Source of the DNA: Psychrobacter cryohalolentis K5
GTDB lineage: Bacteria > Pseudomonadota > Gammaproteobacteria > Pseudomonadales > Moraxellaceae
Reading direction: 5' to 3'
NCBI RefSeq assembly: GCF_000013905.1
Contig: NC_007969.1
Coordinates: 930,001 to 962,000 of the forward strand
Length of the DNA stretch: 32,000 bases
In this document: one piece after another, positions 8,779-18,554 of the stretch
How the letters are laid out: each line of letters starts with the position of its first letter
Position numbering within the stretch: position 1 is the stretch's first letter
The notes under the pieces: generated by a model
What the model saw: only the letters and a program-made list of their open reading frames with translations
Database searches by the model: none
Told to the model about the DNA's origin: nothing
Program-made: the position numbers and the translations under genes

Positions 8779-10479
8779 CTATAATAGCCAATCAATAGGT
8801 AACCATGACATGATGGTTAGCCAAACATGGTCACTGACATCGACGCGCGGCTCTGAATCATAAATGACTTTCTTATCTTTTTCCATGGTATGCCATTGTA
8901 AATCACCGTTTTCTAGTAACTTCACTTCATACGCTTGGTTTAGTAAGTCATCGCTCAATGCACCATGCAACTGAGTCGCAAGCTCATCATCATTGATAAT
9001 CACGCCCATCTCAGTATTGATATTAGCCGAGCGCGGGTCAACATTATATGAGCCAATGAATACTTGATAGTCATCAACGGCGAAAGCTTTTGCATGTAAA
9101 CTGGTTGAAGATTGGCTACGCGCTTTCCAAAGTTTGTTTTCACGCTTTTCTTCAGAAGCGGTTGATTTTAGCTCATAAATCTTGACTCCCGCGCGCAGTA
9201 AACTAGGACGCCATTGGCTATAGCCAGAATGTACCGCCGTTACGTCGGTTGCATCAAATGAATTGGTGAGAATTTTGATTTCGATACCAGATTCTGCTAA
9301 TGAGACCAACGTATTAACACCGTCTTTGGTCGGTACAAAGTAGGAGGAGATAATAGTCAGTTTCTTTGATGGACTACCAAGCAAAGTGCGCAGCTGATGC
9401 ACCAGATTGGTGTCTGCTGGCACGGTTTTAGTCAATTTGCCGACGTCATCACTTAAGAATTGCATGTCCGTCCAGCGAAACGGCACGCGTTTATTAATCA
9501 AATCCGTATCGATAGAGGAGTCTTCAATGGCTGCTTTATACACTGATAAGCTGCCACTGCTACTACTTTTCTCATCGGCTTTTAACTTATCGAGCCCTTG
9601 TACGAAGTCAGTCGTCTCTCCTTTATCAAGGGTCGCTAAGGTTTGAATATCGAATGATATTGGTGCTGACCAGTAGCTGGCAAAGCTATTGTCAATATCT
9701 GCCACCACTTTACCAATCAATAGTACATCCAAATCTGCGAACTGACTGCTTTTGTCATTGCTTAGGTATTCATCACCGATATTACGACCACCAATGATGG
9801 TGATTTGTTTATCAAAAATCATGCTTTTATTGTGCATGCGTCTATTGATACGTGGCAAACCGGTGACAAAATTTAAAGTCTGAAATTTACGATGCATCAG
9901 TGGATTGATAATACGCACAGCAATATTAGGGTGACTGGCAAAACGCAGTAAATGCTGATCAAATTTAGCATTATTATTAAAATCATCGAGCAGTAAGCGT
10001 ACGATCACGCCGCGCTCCGCCGCATCCCATAAGTCTTTGAGCATCAGCTGACCGGCTTGATCATCGTGCCAGATATAGTACTGGGCATCGATATTGCGCG
10101 TTGCCATACCTGTCAATATACTGCGTGAGGCAAAAGCATTGGCGCCCGTCACAATTGGATGATAGCCTGATAAATCAGGGTGAATCTCACTCTGTTGACT
10201 GATGGCAGCAACCAAATCAAGACTATCCGTGTTTGGGGTAGCAAGGTCTGTGCTGACAGTCGTAGTATTTATAGGATCGCCCTCTTTTTGGGCATCTTTT
10301 TCGATTTCAGCTTGTTTGCTGATGTCCGATTGGTATAAAGCATTGACCCGTGCGGATAGTGCTTGGCTTTCAGGCAAGTGCGGCTGCTTGGGTAAGCTTT
10401 GGCATCCACTAAGACCTAAGGTGAGACCGAGTGTCAGGCTCAACGATAAGTTGCTGGGTTCTATACTGAACATCGACAT
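8779..10479 (-). CDS. Phospholipase D family lipoprotein (two HKD motifs)
   Basis: It carries a lipobox signal peptide (LTLGLSGCQS). It also has two HxKxxxxD motifs, RMHNKSMIFD and SLHAKAFAVDD. Confidence 0.8.
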   Translation of the reverse strand: MSMFSIEPSNLSLSLTLGLTLGLSGCQSLPKQPHLPESQALSARVNALYQSDISKQAEIEKDAQKEGDPINTTTVSTDLATPNTDSLDLVAAISQQSEIHPDLSGYHPIVTGANAFASRSILTGMATRNIDAQYYIWHDDQAGQLMLKDLWDAAERGVIVRLLLDDFNNNAKFDQHLLRFASHPNIAVRIINPLMHRKFQTLNFVTGLPRINRRMHNKSMIFDKQITIIGGRNIGDEYLSNDKSSQFADLDVLLIGKVVADIDNSFASYWSAPISFDIQTLATLDKGETTDFVQGLDKLKADEKSSSSGSLSVYKAAIEDSSIDTDLINKRVPFRWTDMQFLSDDVGKLTKTVPADTNLVHQLRTLLGSPSKKLTIISSYFVPTKDGVNTLVSLAESGIEIKILTNSFDATDVTAVHSGYSQWRPSLLRAGVKIYELKSTASEEKRENKLWKARSQSSTSLHAKAFAVDDYQVFIGSYNVDPRSANINTEMGVIINDDELATQLHGALSDDLLNQAYEVKLLENGDLQWHTMEKDKKVIYDSEPRVDVSDHVWLTIMSWLPIDWLL

Positions 10480-10903
10480 AAATAAATTACCTTAGTGAGC
10501 CTTTATATAATGGAGAAGTTGCCAAAAAATATGTATGGATTTCTTGGTGGTTTTGCAGATAATAACACTGATTATAAGGCATATGATAATATCGCCTAAG
10601 GCAAAGTTTAAATCGCCGCTAAGCTTATCAGGTGTCGGCATCTGTGCCTATTATAAATACGTTACTTTTATAAAATATTGCCTGTATTAGATATTGTTCT
10701 TATTGGATCTAGGTAGCACAATTTTTGCTTCTTATTTCTAATAAGTGATACGTTAGGCAAAATAATAGACAGTCAGCGCTGAAAACTGCTGCTTTGAAGC
10801 TGCTGCTTGGAATAATTTATCATGATATGATAACGCGAATACGTGATGTTTATAATCAAAAATAAACGCTATTGTAAATAACAATCAAGGCAATGGAAAC
10901 TTT

Positions 10904-12172
10904 ATGAGTCAACCGCAAAATAAAGACAATATAAACGGCTTGGATGCAAACTGGTGCAATGATGCACTGGATTTAGAACTCGATTATGGTATGCAAACCA
11001 TTGCAGTACGTGCAGGTCAGCATCGTACCGATGAGGGCGAACATTCAGAAGCTATTTTTACGACCAGCTCTTATGTATATAGCTCAGCAGCTGATGCTGC
11101 CGGTCATTTTGATGGCACTAAAACGGGCAATGTCTACTCACGTCATACCAATCCAAGCGTACGTACCTTTGAGCGCCGTTTAGCAGCACTTGAAAATGGT
11201 GAGCGTGCAGTCGCAACAGCCTCTGGCATGGGTGCGATTTTGACCATGTGCTTGGCGTACTTAAAAGCCGGTAACCATTTACTTGCTGCTAATCAGCTAT
11301 TTGGCTCCTCTATTGGTTTGTTTAATAACTATATGGCAAAGTTTGGTGTGGAAGTCAGTTACGTTGATTGTTTCGATAATGACGCATGGGCAAATGCTGT
11401 TCAACCAAATACCAAGGTGATTTATTGCGAAAGCCCTAGTAATCCATTGGCACAGATTTGTGATATTGGCTTTTTAAGCCAGCTATGTAAAGCCAATGAT
11501 ATACTCTTGGTCGTTGACAACTGCTTTGCCACCCCAGCTTTGCAACGTCCGCTTGATTTGGGTGCCGATGTGGTGATTCATTCTGCAACCAAATATTTAG
11601 ACGGTCAGGGTCGAGTACTTGGTGGCGCGTTAGTCGGTAGTGATAAGTTGATGCAAGAAGCGTTTACCGTCATACGTTCAGGTGGCATCAGCATGAGTCC
11701 GTTTAATGCTTGGGTGTTTACCAAGGGACTTGAAACGCTTAAATTACGTATGCAAGCGCATTGTAGTAATGCCAATCAAGTGGCAGAGTTTTTGGTTAAT
11801 CATCCCAATGTCAGCACCGTACACTTTTCAGGCTTGAGCGACCATCCATCGCATGAGTTGACCAAGCGTCAGCATCATATGAAAGACGGCTTTGGAGCCA
11901 TTATGGGTTTTGAAGTGCAGCCATCAGAGACGCGTGATTCAAAATCTGCCGCATGGCATGTCATTGATTCAACTCAAATGGTCTCTATCACCAATAATTT
12001 GGGTGATGCGAAAACCACGATTACCCATCCTGCAACAACGACCCATTTTCGTTTGAGCGCCCAAGAGCGCGCAGAAGCAGGCGTAAAAGACGGTCTTATT
12101 CGTCTGTCGGTCGGTCTAGAAGATGTAGAAGATATCATCAAAGATTTGGCGCGTGGTTTAGACAGTTTGTAA
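10904..12172 (+). CDS. metZ: O-succinylhomoserine sulfhydrylase (PLP-dependent, Cys/Met metabolism family)
   Basis: It has the PLP-lysine motif HSATKYLDGQGR. It also shows long-range similarity to what I recall of Pseudomonas MetZ (GNVYSRHTNPSVRTFE, SITNNLGDAKTTITHPATTTH, LIRLSVGLED). Confidence 0.85.
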   Translation: MSQPQNKDNINGLDANWCNDALDLELDYGMQTIAVRAGQHRTDEGEHSEAIFTTSSYVYSSAADAAGHFDGTKTGNVYSRHTNPSVRTFERRLAALENGERAVATASGMGAILTMCLAYLKAGNHLLAANQLFGSSIGLFNNYMAKFGVEVSYVDCFDNDAWANAVQPNTKVIYCESPSNPLAQICDIGFLSQLCKANDILLVVDNCFATPALQRPLDLGADVVIHSATKYLDGQGRVLGGALVGSDKLMQEAFTVIRSGGISMSPFNAWVFTKGLETLKLRMQAHCSNANQVAEFLVNHPNVSTVHFSGLSDHPSHELTKRQHHMKDGFGAIMGFEVQPSETRDSKSAAWHVIDSTQMVSITNNLGDAKTTITHPATTTHFRLSAQERAEAGVKDGLIRLSVGLEDVEDIIKDLARGLDSL

Positions 12173-12256
12173 AGATAACGGTATAATTGCTATTAGTATT
12201 TTATTTTTTATTATCAAAACCCCCATTATTTATTATTAAAAAACCAAGAGGCAACT

Positions 12257-12586
12257 ATGAATATCCAAGCATTGATGCAACAAGCACAAACCATGCAAAA
12301 GAAAGTCGAAGCAAACGTCGAAAATGCTAAAAAAGAGCTTGGCAATAAAGAAGTGCATGCAGAAGCGGGCAGTGGTCTGGTAAAAGTAACCATGACAGGT
12401 CGTCATGTGGTCAAGCGCTTGACCATTGATCCAAGCTTATTAGAAGATGAGCCGGATATGATCGAAGATCTTATCGCTGCTGCTATCAATGATGCGGTGC
12501 GCCAAGCAGATGCGTTATATGAAGAAACCATGGCGGGCGCGACCTCAGGTATGGGATTGCCACCAGGTATGCAAGGTATGTTCTAA
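12257..12586 (+). CDS. ybaB: Nucleoid-associated protein YbaB/EbfC
   Basis: It is 109 aa with the typical MQQAQxMQKK N-terminus and [22 protein letters not shown], and it sits immediately upstream of recR. The RBS AAGAGG is strong. Confidence 0.9.
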
Positions 12587-12696
12587 GTAGCTGGTTCTTA
12601 AACGCTAAAGGCGACATATTAAAGAAAAATGGGATTGTTATCGACATGATACGACCCCATTTTCATAGCTATGATTTATAAACAAAGGACATCACT

Positions 12697-13290
12697 TTGC
12701 TGACAGCCAAATTTGATCAGCTGGTCAAACAGCTGCGTATTTTGCCGGGCGTTGGTCAAAAAAGCGCCCAACGTATGGCGCTGCATCTGCTCACCAAAAA
12801 ACGCCCACAAGGCATGGCACTTGCTCAAGCGCTTGATGAAGCGATGCGTGATATCGTCGAATGTCAGCGTTGCCATAGCTTTAGCGATGAGGCTGTTTGC
12901 CCATTATGCCAAGATCCTAGGCGTGATGATACATTGCTATGCGTGGTTGAGACTGCAGCTGACGTGATGGCGATAGAGCAGACGGCAGGCTATCGTGGGC
13001 GCTACTTTGTCTTAGGTGGTCACTTATCACCGATTGATGGCATTAGTGCTGATGATTTAAATATTGAGCAACTGGTCTGGCGCGTCAAGCAAGAGCCTGT
13101 TGAAGAGCTGATATTGGCGACCGGTACGACGGTCGAAGGGCAAACGACCGCGCACTTTATCAGTGAGGCAGTCAGTCGTCATGTCAATAAAGTCACGCGT
13201 CTGGCGCAAGGCGTACCGATGGGCGGTGAGCTTGAATATCTTGACAGCATGACCCTTGGACAAGCGATGCAAAACCGCTCCTTTTTATAG
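12697..13290 (+). CDS. recR: Recombination protein RecR
   Basis: It has the HhH region [16 protein letters not shown], the Cys4 zinc finger [18 protein letters not shown] and a Toprim region. It starts at TTG with an AAGGA RBS. Confidence 0.9.
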   Translation: MLTAKFDQLVKQLRILPGVGQKSAQRMALHLLTKKRPQGMALAQALDEAMRDIVECQRCHSFSDEAVCPLCQDPRRDDTLLCVVETAADVMAIEQTAGYRGRYFVLGGHLSPIDGISADDLNIEQLVWRVKQEPVEELILATGTTVEGQTTAHFISEAVSRHVNKVTRLAQGVPMGGELEYLDSMTLGQAMQNRSFL

Positions 13291-13438
13291 TCTTCTTATC
13301 TTTATCAGATTAAAATCTTGCGCATTTTATTCAATGATGTGGTTATAATTGCTTATATTATTTTATCGCTTTCTCTTTTAATTTTATTAAGACGTGCTTT
13401 AGCGTTTTATTCTCTCTTATCAATGCAGGTATCTGCCC

Positions 13439-14737
13439 GTGTCTAACACTGCTCCAACCGAATCAAACCTTCAAAATACATTTTCGGCTGACGAAGTACA
13501 CCATTCAGTCAATCCAGCCAAATTAGTAGACCTGCCAGTAGAGCCGGATATTGACGCATTATTAGATATTGCTGATGAGGTTGCCGTCACTTGGGTGCGT
13601 AAGCAAAGCCAGTTGGATGAAGTGATTGAGGCATTGACCACTTGCGGGCGTGTGGCATTAGATACCGAGTTTATCAAGCGCGATACCTATTATCCACGCT
13701 TAGCACTGATACAGCTAAATACTGGCAATCATGTATATTTATTAGATGCGCCGCAGTTACAACTGAGTGAGCTATGGCAAGCACTTATGAAAGTTGATGT
13801 GGCTATCTGGCATGCTTGTGGTGAAGATTTAGGTATATTTTATCTATTGTCCGGCTGCCCGCCACTGACCAATATTTTTGATACGCAAATTGCCTTGTCC
13901 TACTTAACAGGTCAATTACAGATGGGTTATCAGCAGGCGCTTGATGAACAGCTCGATATGCATATTGATAAGGAACAAAGCCAGTCAGATTGGTTACAGC
14001 GACCATTATCAGATGAGCAAGAGCAATATGCGATTGATGATGTGCGCTTTTTACCTGCGTTATATTTGAGTCTTGAATACGCCCTAAAATCTCAAGGTCT
14101 CTATGAGTATGTCTGGGAAGACTGTCAGCTTTACGCCAACGACTTATATGATGCTCAAAATGTTGCAGACGAGCAGATGTATCTAACCATGGCAGATTAT
14201 CGCTATACCTCTGAGCAAATGGCAATATTGCAGGCGGTAGCCACATGGCGTGAAGAGCTAGCGCGCTCAACCAATCAGCCCCGTACTTTTGTCATAAAAA
14301 AACAAGCCGTGCGTGAGATTATCACTGAAAAACCAAACACGATGCGTGAGCTTGCGCATAAGACAACGATACATCGCAGTATGTTGCGACTGTATGGTGA
14401 AGAATTACTCAAAGTGATAAAGGAAGCAAAAAATCTGCATCCTGCAGAATATCCAGATTCTCTATTGCCGCCGTATCGCTCAAAGAATAAAGTACTCTCA
14501 AAAGCGGTACAAAAAACGATAGATGATCAAGCAAAAGCTACCGGCGTACCCGCTAATGTCTTGATGCGTAAAAAATGGCTTGGGCAATTATATGAAGTGA
14601 TTGCTTTTGATAAAGATATTAGCGAGTTGCCGCAAGGGTTGAAAGGCTGGCGTCATGATTGGGTAATGCACACCTTTATTCCCGTTATCGAAGCGCATAA
14701 AACCGAGCTACAGCAAGGCATGGGTATCAATGTATAG
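13439..14737 (+). CDS. rnd: Ribonuclease D
   Basis: It has a DEDD exonuclease motif (VALDTEFIKRDTYYPRLALIQL, AIDDV) and an HRDC-like C-terminal half. It starts at GTG. The N-terminal roughly 60 aa is an extension relative to what I recall of E. coli Rnd, so the start is uncertain. Confidence 0.8.
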   Translation: MSNTAPTESNLQNTFSADEVHHSVNPAKLVDLPVEPDIDALLDIADEVAVTWVRKQSQLDEVIEALTTCGRVALDTEFIKRDTYYPRLALIQLNTGNHVYLLDAPQLQLSELWQALMKVDVAIWHACGEDLGIFYLLSGCPPLTNIFDTQIALSYLTGQLQMGYQQALDEQLDMHIDKEQSQSDWLQRPLSDEQEQYAIDDVRFLPALYLSLEYALKSQGLYEYVWEDCQLYANDLYDAQNVADEQMYLTMADYRYTSEQMAILQAVATWREELARSTNQPRTFVIKKQAVREIITEKPNTMRELAHKTTIHRSMLRLYGEELLKVIKEAKNLHPAEYPDSLLPPYRSKNKVLSKAVQKTIDDQAKATGVPANVLMRKKWLGQLYEVIAFDKDISELPQGLKGWRHDWVMHTFIPVIEAHKTELQQGMGINV

Positions 14738-14754
14738 GGTTTAACGCCTGACAC

Positions 14755-15477
14755 TTATCTGCGTTCAAATTGACCATACTGTAAAAAATATCCTGTCTGC
14801 TTGGCAACGTTAGTATCAATCAACATGCCGGTATGCGATACAGGCAAGATTAAATGGTCAGCCGCTGCTTCAAGTTTGGTCTCTTTTAAATAGACGGTGC
14901 CATCATGCACCAGATGTTCATCAAGCAATGGGTTATGAGCTTGGCGTAATTTGCGATTATGATGTTGCAGAAATATCTGCCCTAAGCCATAAGGACGATT
15001 ACCTGCAATTACGCCTAAGGTAATATGCTCCGGTAAGGGCGCGACCGTGCCATCTAGCGCATCGACGTACGAGCGTCCCACCACAGCTGGCGTCAAGCGC
15101 CAAATATAATCTGCACAAACACTACCTAAATGCGGTGTCCCAAGGGTCACGCAGCGACCAATTTGCCACTTAGGATACTGAGTAACAAAATCACGAATAA
15201 TCAAACCGCCCAAGCTATGACCGACCAAATGTATCAGCTCATCAGGATGATGATTTTCTTCAAGCCACTTATTAAGCCGCTGACTATTGGTTTGAATACC
15301 ATCGCGCATACTACGATAGCCAAATTGATGAGTTTTAAATCCTGCTGCTTGTAAGCGTTTGGCAAGTGGTCGCATAATCCAAGCCGTTTGGTGCAGACCA
15401 TGGATAAGAATGACAAGATTGTTTTTCTGCATATGTGATTCTAACCAAGTGGATGATATGAATAGATTGATAGCCAT
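14755..15477 (-). CDS. Alpha/beta hydrolase (lipase/esterase-like, PGAP1-type)
   Basis: It has LVILIHGL and the nucleophile elbow VGHSLGG. The true start is probably the internal M16 (MQKNNLVILIHG, nt 15432). Confidence 0.65.
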   Translation of the reverse strand: MAINLFISSTWLESHMQKNNLVILIHGLHQTAWIMRPLAKRLQAAGFKTHQFGYRSMRDGIQTNSQRLNKWLEENHHPDELIHLVGHSLGGLIIRDFVTQYPKWQIGRCVTLGTPHLGSVCADYIWRLTPAVVGRSYVDALDGTVAPLPEHITLGVIAGNRPYGLGQIFLQHHNRKLRQAHNPLLDEHLVHDGTVYLKETKLEAAADHLILPVSHTGMLIDTNVAKQTGYFLQYGQFERR

Positions 15478-15503
15478 TTTATTATAGCGCTAAATGTTAT
15501 TAG

Positions 15504-15550
15504 TAAAATAAAAACCTCCAAATCAGATGCTGACTTGGAGGTTTATTTTT
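15504..15550 (-). terminator. Rho-independent (bidirectional-looking) terminator after gcvP
   Basis: A 10-bp stem pairs AAACCTCCAA (15512-15521) with TTGGAGGTTT (15535-15544). T-runs flank it on both strands. Confidence 0.75.
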
Positions 15551-15593
15551 ATCTTTTATAAAGTATCAAAACTAAGACTATATAAAACTGGGA

Positions 15594-18491
15594 TTACATA
15601 TAGTTTTCGATACTTGGGCAAGAACACATGAGGTTTTTGTCACCATAGGCGTCATCGACACGTGCCACACTTGGCCAGAACTTATTAGTGCGGATATAAG
15701 GCAGTGGGAATGCTGCTGTCTCACGGCTGTATGGATAGGTCCATTCGCCATCAATTACCATCGCAGCTGTATGCGGGGCATTGACCAATGGATTGTTCTC
15801 TAACGTCCAGTTGTCTTCGCCCGCTTTGGCTTTCAGCGCTTCCGCTTTAATAGATTTTAGAGCACTAATAAAGCGATCAAGCTCTTCTTTTGACTCTGAT
15901 TCTGTTGGCTCAATCATCAAGGTGCCCGCTACTGGGAAACTCATGGTTGGTGAGTGGAAACCATAATCCATCAAGCGTTTCGCGATATCGCTTTCACTGA
16001 TGCCCGTCTCTTCTTTTAAAGGACGAATATCGATGATACATTCGTGAGCAACGCGGCCGTTTTTGCCCGTATATAGCACAGGATAATGGTCTTTTAATTC
16101 AGCGGCAACATAGTTGGCATTCAGTAGCGCAAGCTCGGTCGCTTTTAATAAACCATCACGACCCATCATGGCAATGTACATCCATGAAATAGGTAAGATG
16201 CTTGCTGAACCATAAGGAGCTGCTGATACTGCTGAGCAGTCTTTTTGGGCATTGTGTACAGGACTTAGAGTATGGTTGGCCATAAATGGCGCCAGATGCG
16301 CTTTCATACCGATAGGACCCATACCAGGACCACCGCCGCCATGTGGGATACAGAAGGTTTTGTGCAAGTTCATGTGTAGTACATCAGCACCAACGTCAGC
16401 TGGCTGCATCATGCCAACCTGCGCATTCATATTGGCGCCATCCATATAAACTTGACCGCCATGTTTATGGATGAGGTCACAGATTTTACGGATACCTTCT
16501 TCAAACACACCATGCGTCGATGGGTAGGTGATCATCAATGCACCTAGACGCGTGCTATGTTCTTCAGATTTGGCAGTTAGGTCATCGATATCAACGTTGC
16601 CATTGTCGTCAGTTTTGACCACAACCACTTTCATGCCCATCATCATAGCAGTCGCAGGGTTAGTACCATGCGCTGACATAGGGATCAAGCAAACATCACG
16701 ATCAGTCTCACCAAGTGATTCATGATAACGACGAATTGCTAGCAAGCCTGCATATTCACCTGAAGCGCCAGAGTTTGGCTGCATAGAGACATCATCAAAA
16801 CCGGTAATGGCTTTTAATTGCTCTTGCAAGCTATCAATCATGGCAACGTAGCCTGTGACTTGGTCACGCGGTGCAAAAGGATGCACATTGGCAAATTCAG
16901 GCCAAGTGATCGGTAGCATCTCACTGGTGGCATTCAATTTCATGGTACAGCTACCAAGTGAAATCATACTGCGGTTCATCGCCAAATCTTTATCTTCAAG
17001 CGATTTTAAGTAGCGCAGCATTTCATGCTCGGTATGATGCGAGTTGAATACTGGATGCGATAAGATAGCATCAGTACGCAAATGAGCACTATCAAGAGAG
17101 ACACGAGCGTCTTCTGGTAGATCATGTGCTTTAGTAACGAACAGCTGAGTTAGGACATTAAAGTCTTTCTGATCGCTGGTTTCACTGAACGCAACGCTTA
17201 ATTTGGTCTCACCAAGACGCCATAAGTTATAACCAACATTGTCAGCATTTTGAAAGATTTGGCTAGCAAGTTTTTCTGAGCCACAATCAACCACAACACT
17301 ATCAAAGAATTGATCATGGAGCACATTTAAATTACTATCGTTAGCGTTTTTGATGACGTCAGCGAAGGCAGTCGCAAATGCATGGATACGAGTAGCGATA
17401 CGCTTTACACCACCTGGACCATGATAAACCGCATACATACCAGCTAGGTTTGCAAGTAGTACTTGTGAGGTACAGATGTTTGAGTTGGCTTTTTCGCGGC
17501 GGATATGCTGCTCACGAGTCTGTAGCGCCATACGTAGGGCAGTATTGCCTTGTGAGTCTTTTGATACCCCGATGATACGACCAGGTGCTGAGCGCTTAGC
17601 TTTATCAGAGAACGCAAAGTAGGCGGCATGTGGACCACCAAAGCCCATTGGAATACCAAAACGCTGCGTGCTACCCAAAGCCACGTCTGCACCCATATCC
17701 GCTGGTGATTTTAATAATACTAAGCTCATGATGTCACTCACGACGCTCACATAAGTTTTATTTTTCTTAACGGCAGCGATAACGTCGGTTAGGTCTTTAA
17801 CATCGCCTTCAACACCGACATATTGGAATAATGCACCAAAATAGTCGCCTGATTTAGCCAGTTCAAAATCACCAACCACCACTTCCCAACCAAAATATTT
17901 GGCACGGGTATTAATGACATCTAATGTTTGTGGATAGACGCGGTCATCAACGAAAAACTGCATAGATTTGCTTTTGCTGACGCGCTTTGACATTGCCATG
18001 GCTTCAGCAGCAGCCGTTGCTTCATCAAGCAATGACGCACCAGCAAGCTCAAGACCAGTCAGGTCGATACAAACTTGTTGGAAGTTCAGCAAGGCTTCTA
18101 GGCGACCTTGAGCGATTTCTGCTTGGTAAGGCGTGTAAGCGGTATACCAACCTGGATTTTCAAGGACGTTACGTTGGATGACTGCAGGCATACGCACAGG
18201 CGAATACCCTTGTCCGATATAGCTCTTATTAACCGTGATGTCATCAGCCATGGTACGCAATTTGGCAAGTGCTGCATGCTCACTCATCGCTACTGGCAAA
18301 TCTAATTCTTTATGCAGGCGTACTGGTTCAGGCACGGTCTCATTGATAAAAGTTGCCATGTCGCTATAACCAATAGCGCTGAGCAGGTCAGCTTGTTTGG
18401 CATCATTTGAGCCAAGATGACGATAAACAAATTCGGCTTCATTGAACAAGCCTTCAAACGTATCAAGTGCTGGATTTTGAGAGATAGTCAT
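15594..18491 (-). CDS. gcvP: Glycine dehydrogenase (decarboxylating), glycine cleavage P protein
   Basis: It is a 965-aa single-chain P protein. It has the PLP-lysine region HMNLHKTFCIPHGGGGPGMGPIG and typical N-terminal GcvP motifs (YIGQGYSPVRMPAVIQRNVLENPGWYTAYTPYQAEIAQGRLEALLNFQ). Confidence 0.95.
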   Translation of the reverse strand: MTISQNPALDTFEGLFNEAEFVYRHLGSNDAKQADLLSAIGYSDMATFINETVPEPVRLHKELDLPVAMSEHAALAKLRTMADDITVNKSYIGQGYSPVRMPAVIQRNVLENPGWYTAYTPYQAEIAQGRLEALLNFQQVCIDLTGLELAGASLLDEATAAAEAMAMSKRVSKSKSMQFFVDDRVYPQTLDVINTRAKYFGWEVVVGDFELAKSGDYFGALFQYVGVEGDVKDLTDVIAAVKKNKTYVSVVSDIMSLVLLKSPADMGADVALGSTQRFGIPMGFGGPHAAYFAFSDKAKRSAPGRIIGVSKDSQGNTALRMALQTREQHIRREKANSNICTSQVLLANLAGMYAVYHGPGGVKRIATRIHAFATAFADVIKNANDSNLNVLHDQFFDSVVVDCGSEKLASQIFQNADNVGYNLWRLGETKLSVAFSETSDQKDFNVLTQLFVTKAHDLPEDARVSLDSAHLRTDAILSHPVFNSHHTEHEMLRYLKSLEDKDLAMNRSMISLGSCTMKLNATSEMLPITWPEFANVHPFAPRDQVTGYVAMIDSLQEQLKAITGFDDVSMQPNSGASGEYAGLLAIRRYHESLGETDRDVCLIPMSAHGTNPATAMMMGMKVVVVKTDDNGNVDIDDLTAKSEEHSTRLGALMITYPSTHGVFEEGIRKICDLIHKHGGQVYMDGANMNAQVGMMQPADVGADVLHMNLHKTFCIPHGGGGPGMGPIGMKAHLAPFMANHTLSPVHNAQKDCSAVSAAPYGSASILPISWMYIAMMGRDGLLKATELALLNANYVAAELKDHYPVLYTGKNGRVAHECIIDIRPLKEETGISESDIAKRLMDYGFHSPTMSFPVAGTLMIEPTESESKEELDRFISALKSIKAEALKAKAGEDNWTLENNPLVNAPHTAAMVIDGEWTYPYSRETAAFPLPYIRTNKFWPSVARVDDAYGDKNLMCSCPSIENYM

Positions 18492-18554
18492 GGTGATCCT
18501 TGGTAAATATAGGAATAAAGGAGATGGCTATAATAAAAATAGGGTGGTAGCAGG

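Noticed and set aside
8779-10479. The PLD-family protein was considered as a Nuc/restriction-like defence nuclease.
   Set aside because: It has two HKD motifs in one 566-aa chain plus a lipoprotein signal peptide. This fits an exported phospholipase or cardiolipin-synthase-like enzyme, not a cytoplasmic single-HKD nuclease. No partner defence genes are adjacent.
10480-10903. The 424-bp region upstream of metZ was examined for a SAM-type riboswitch or a Met-box operator.
   Set aside because: I could not find S-box, SAM-II or SAM/SAH core motifs, or repeated AGACGTCT-like boxes, by eye. Only a short direct repeat (CTGCTGCTT x2 at about 10787-10808) and a TATAAT at about 10851 are present. The region also has to house the divergent PLD promoter. 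A covariance-model scan would be needed to exclude an RNA element.
12626-12663. A hairpin (AAAATGGG ... CCCATTTT) lies between ybaB and recR and was considered as a terminator or attenuator.
   Set aside because: It has an 8-bp AT-rich stem with a 22-nt loop, and no T-run beyond the stem itself. ybaB-recR is normally co-transcribed, so this is too weak to call.
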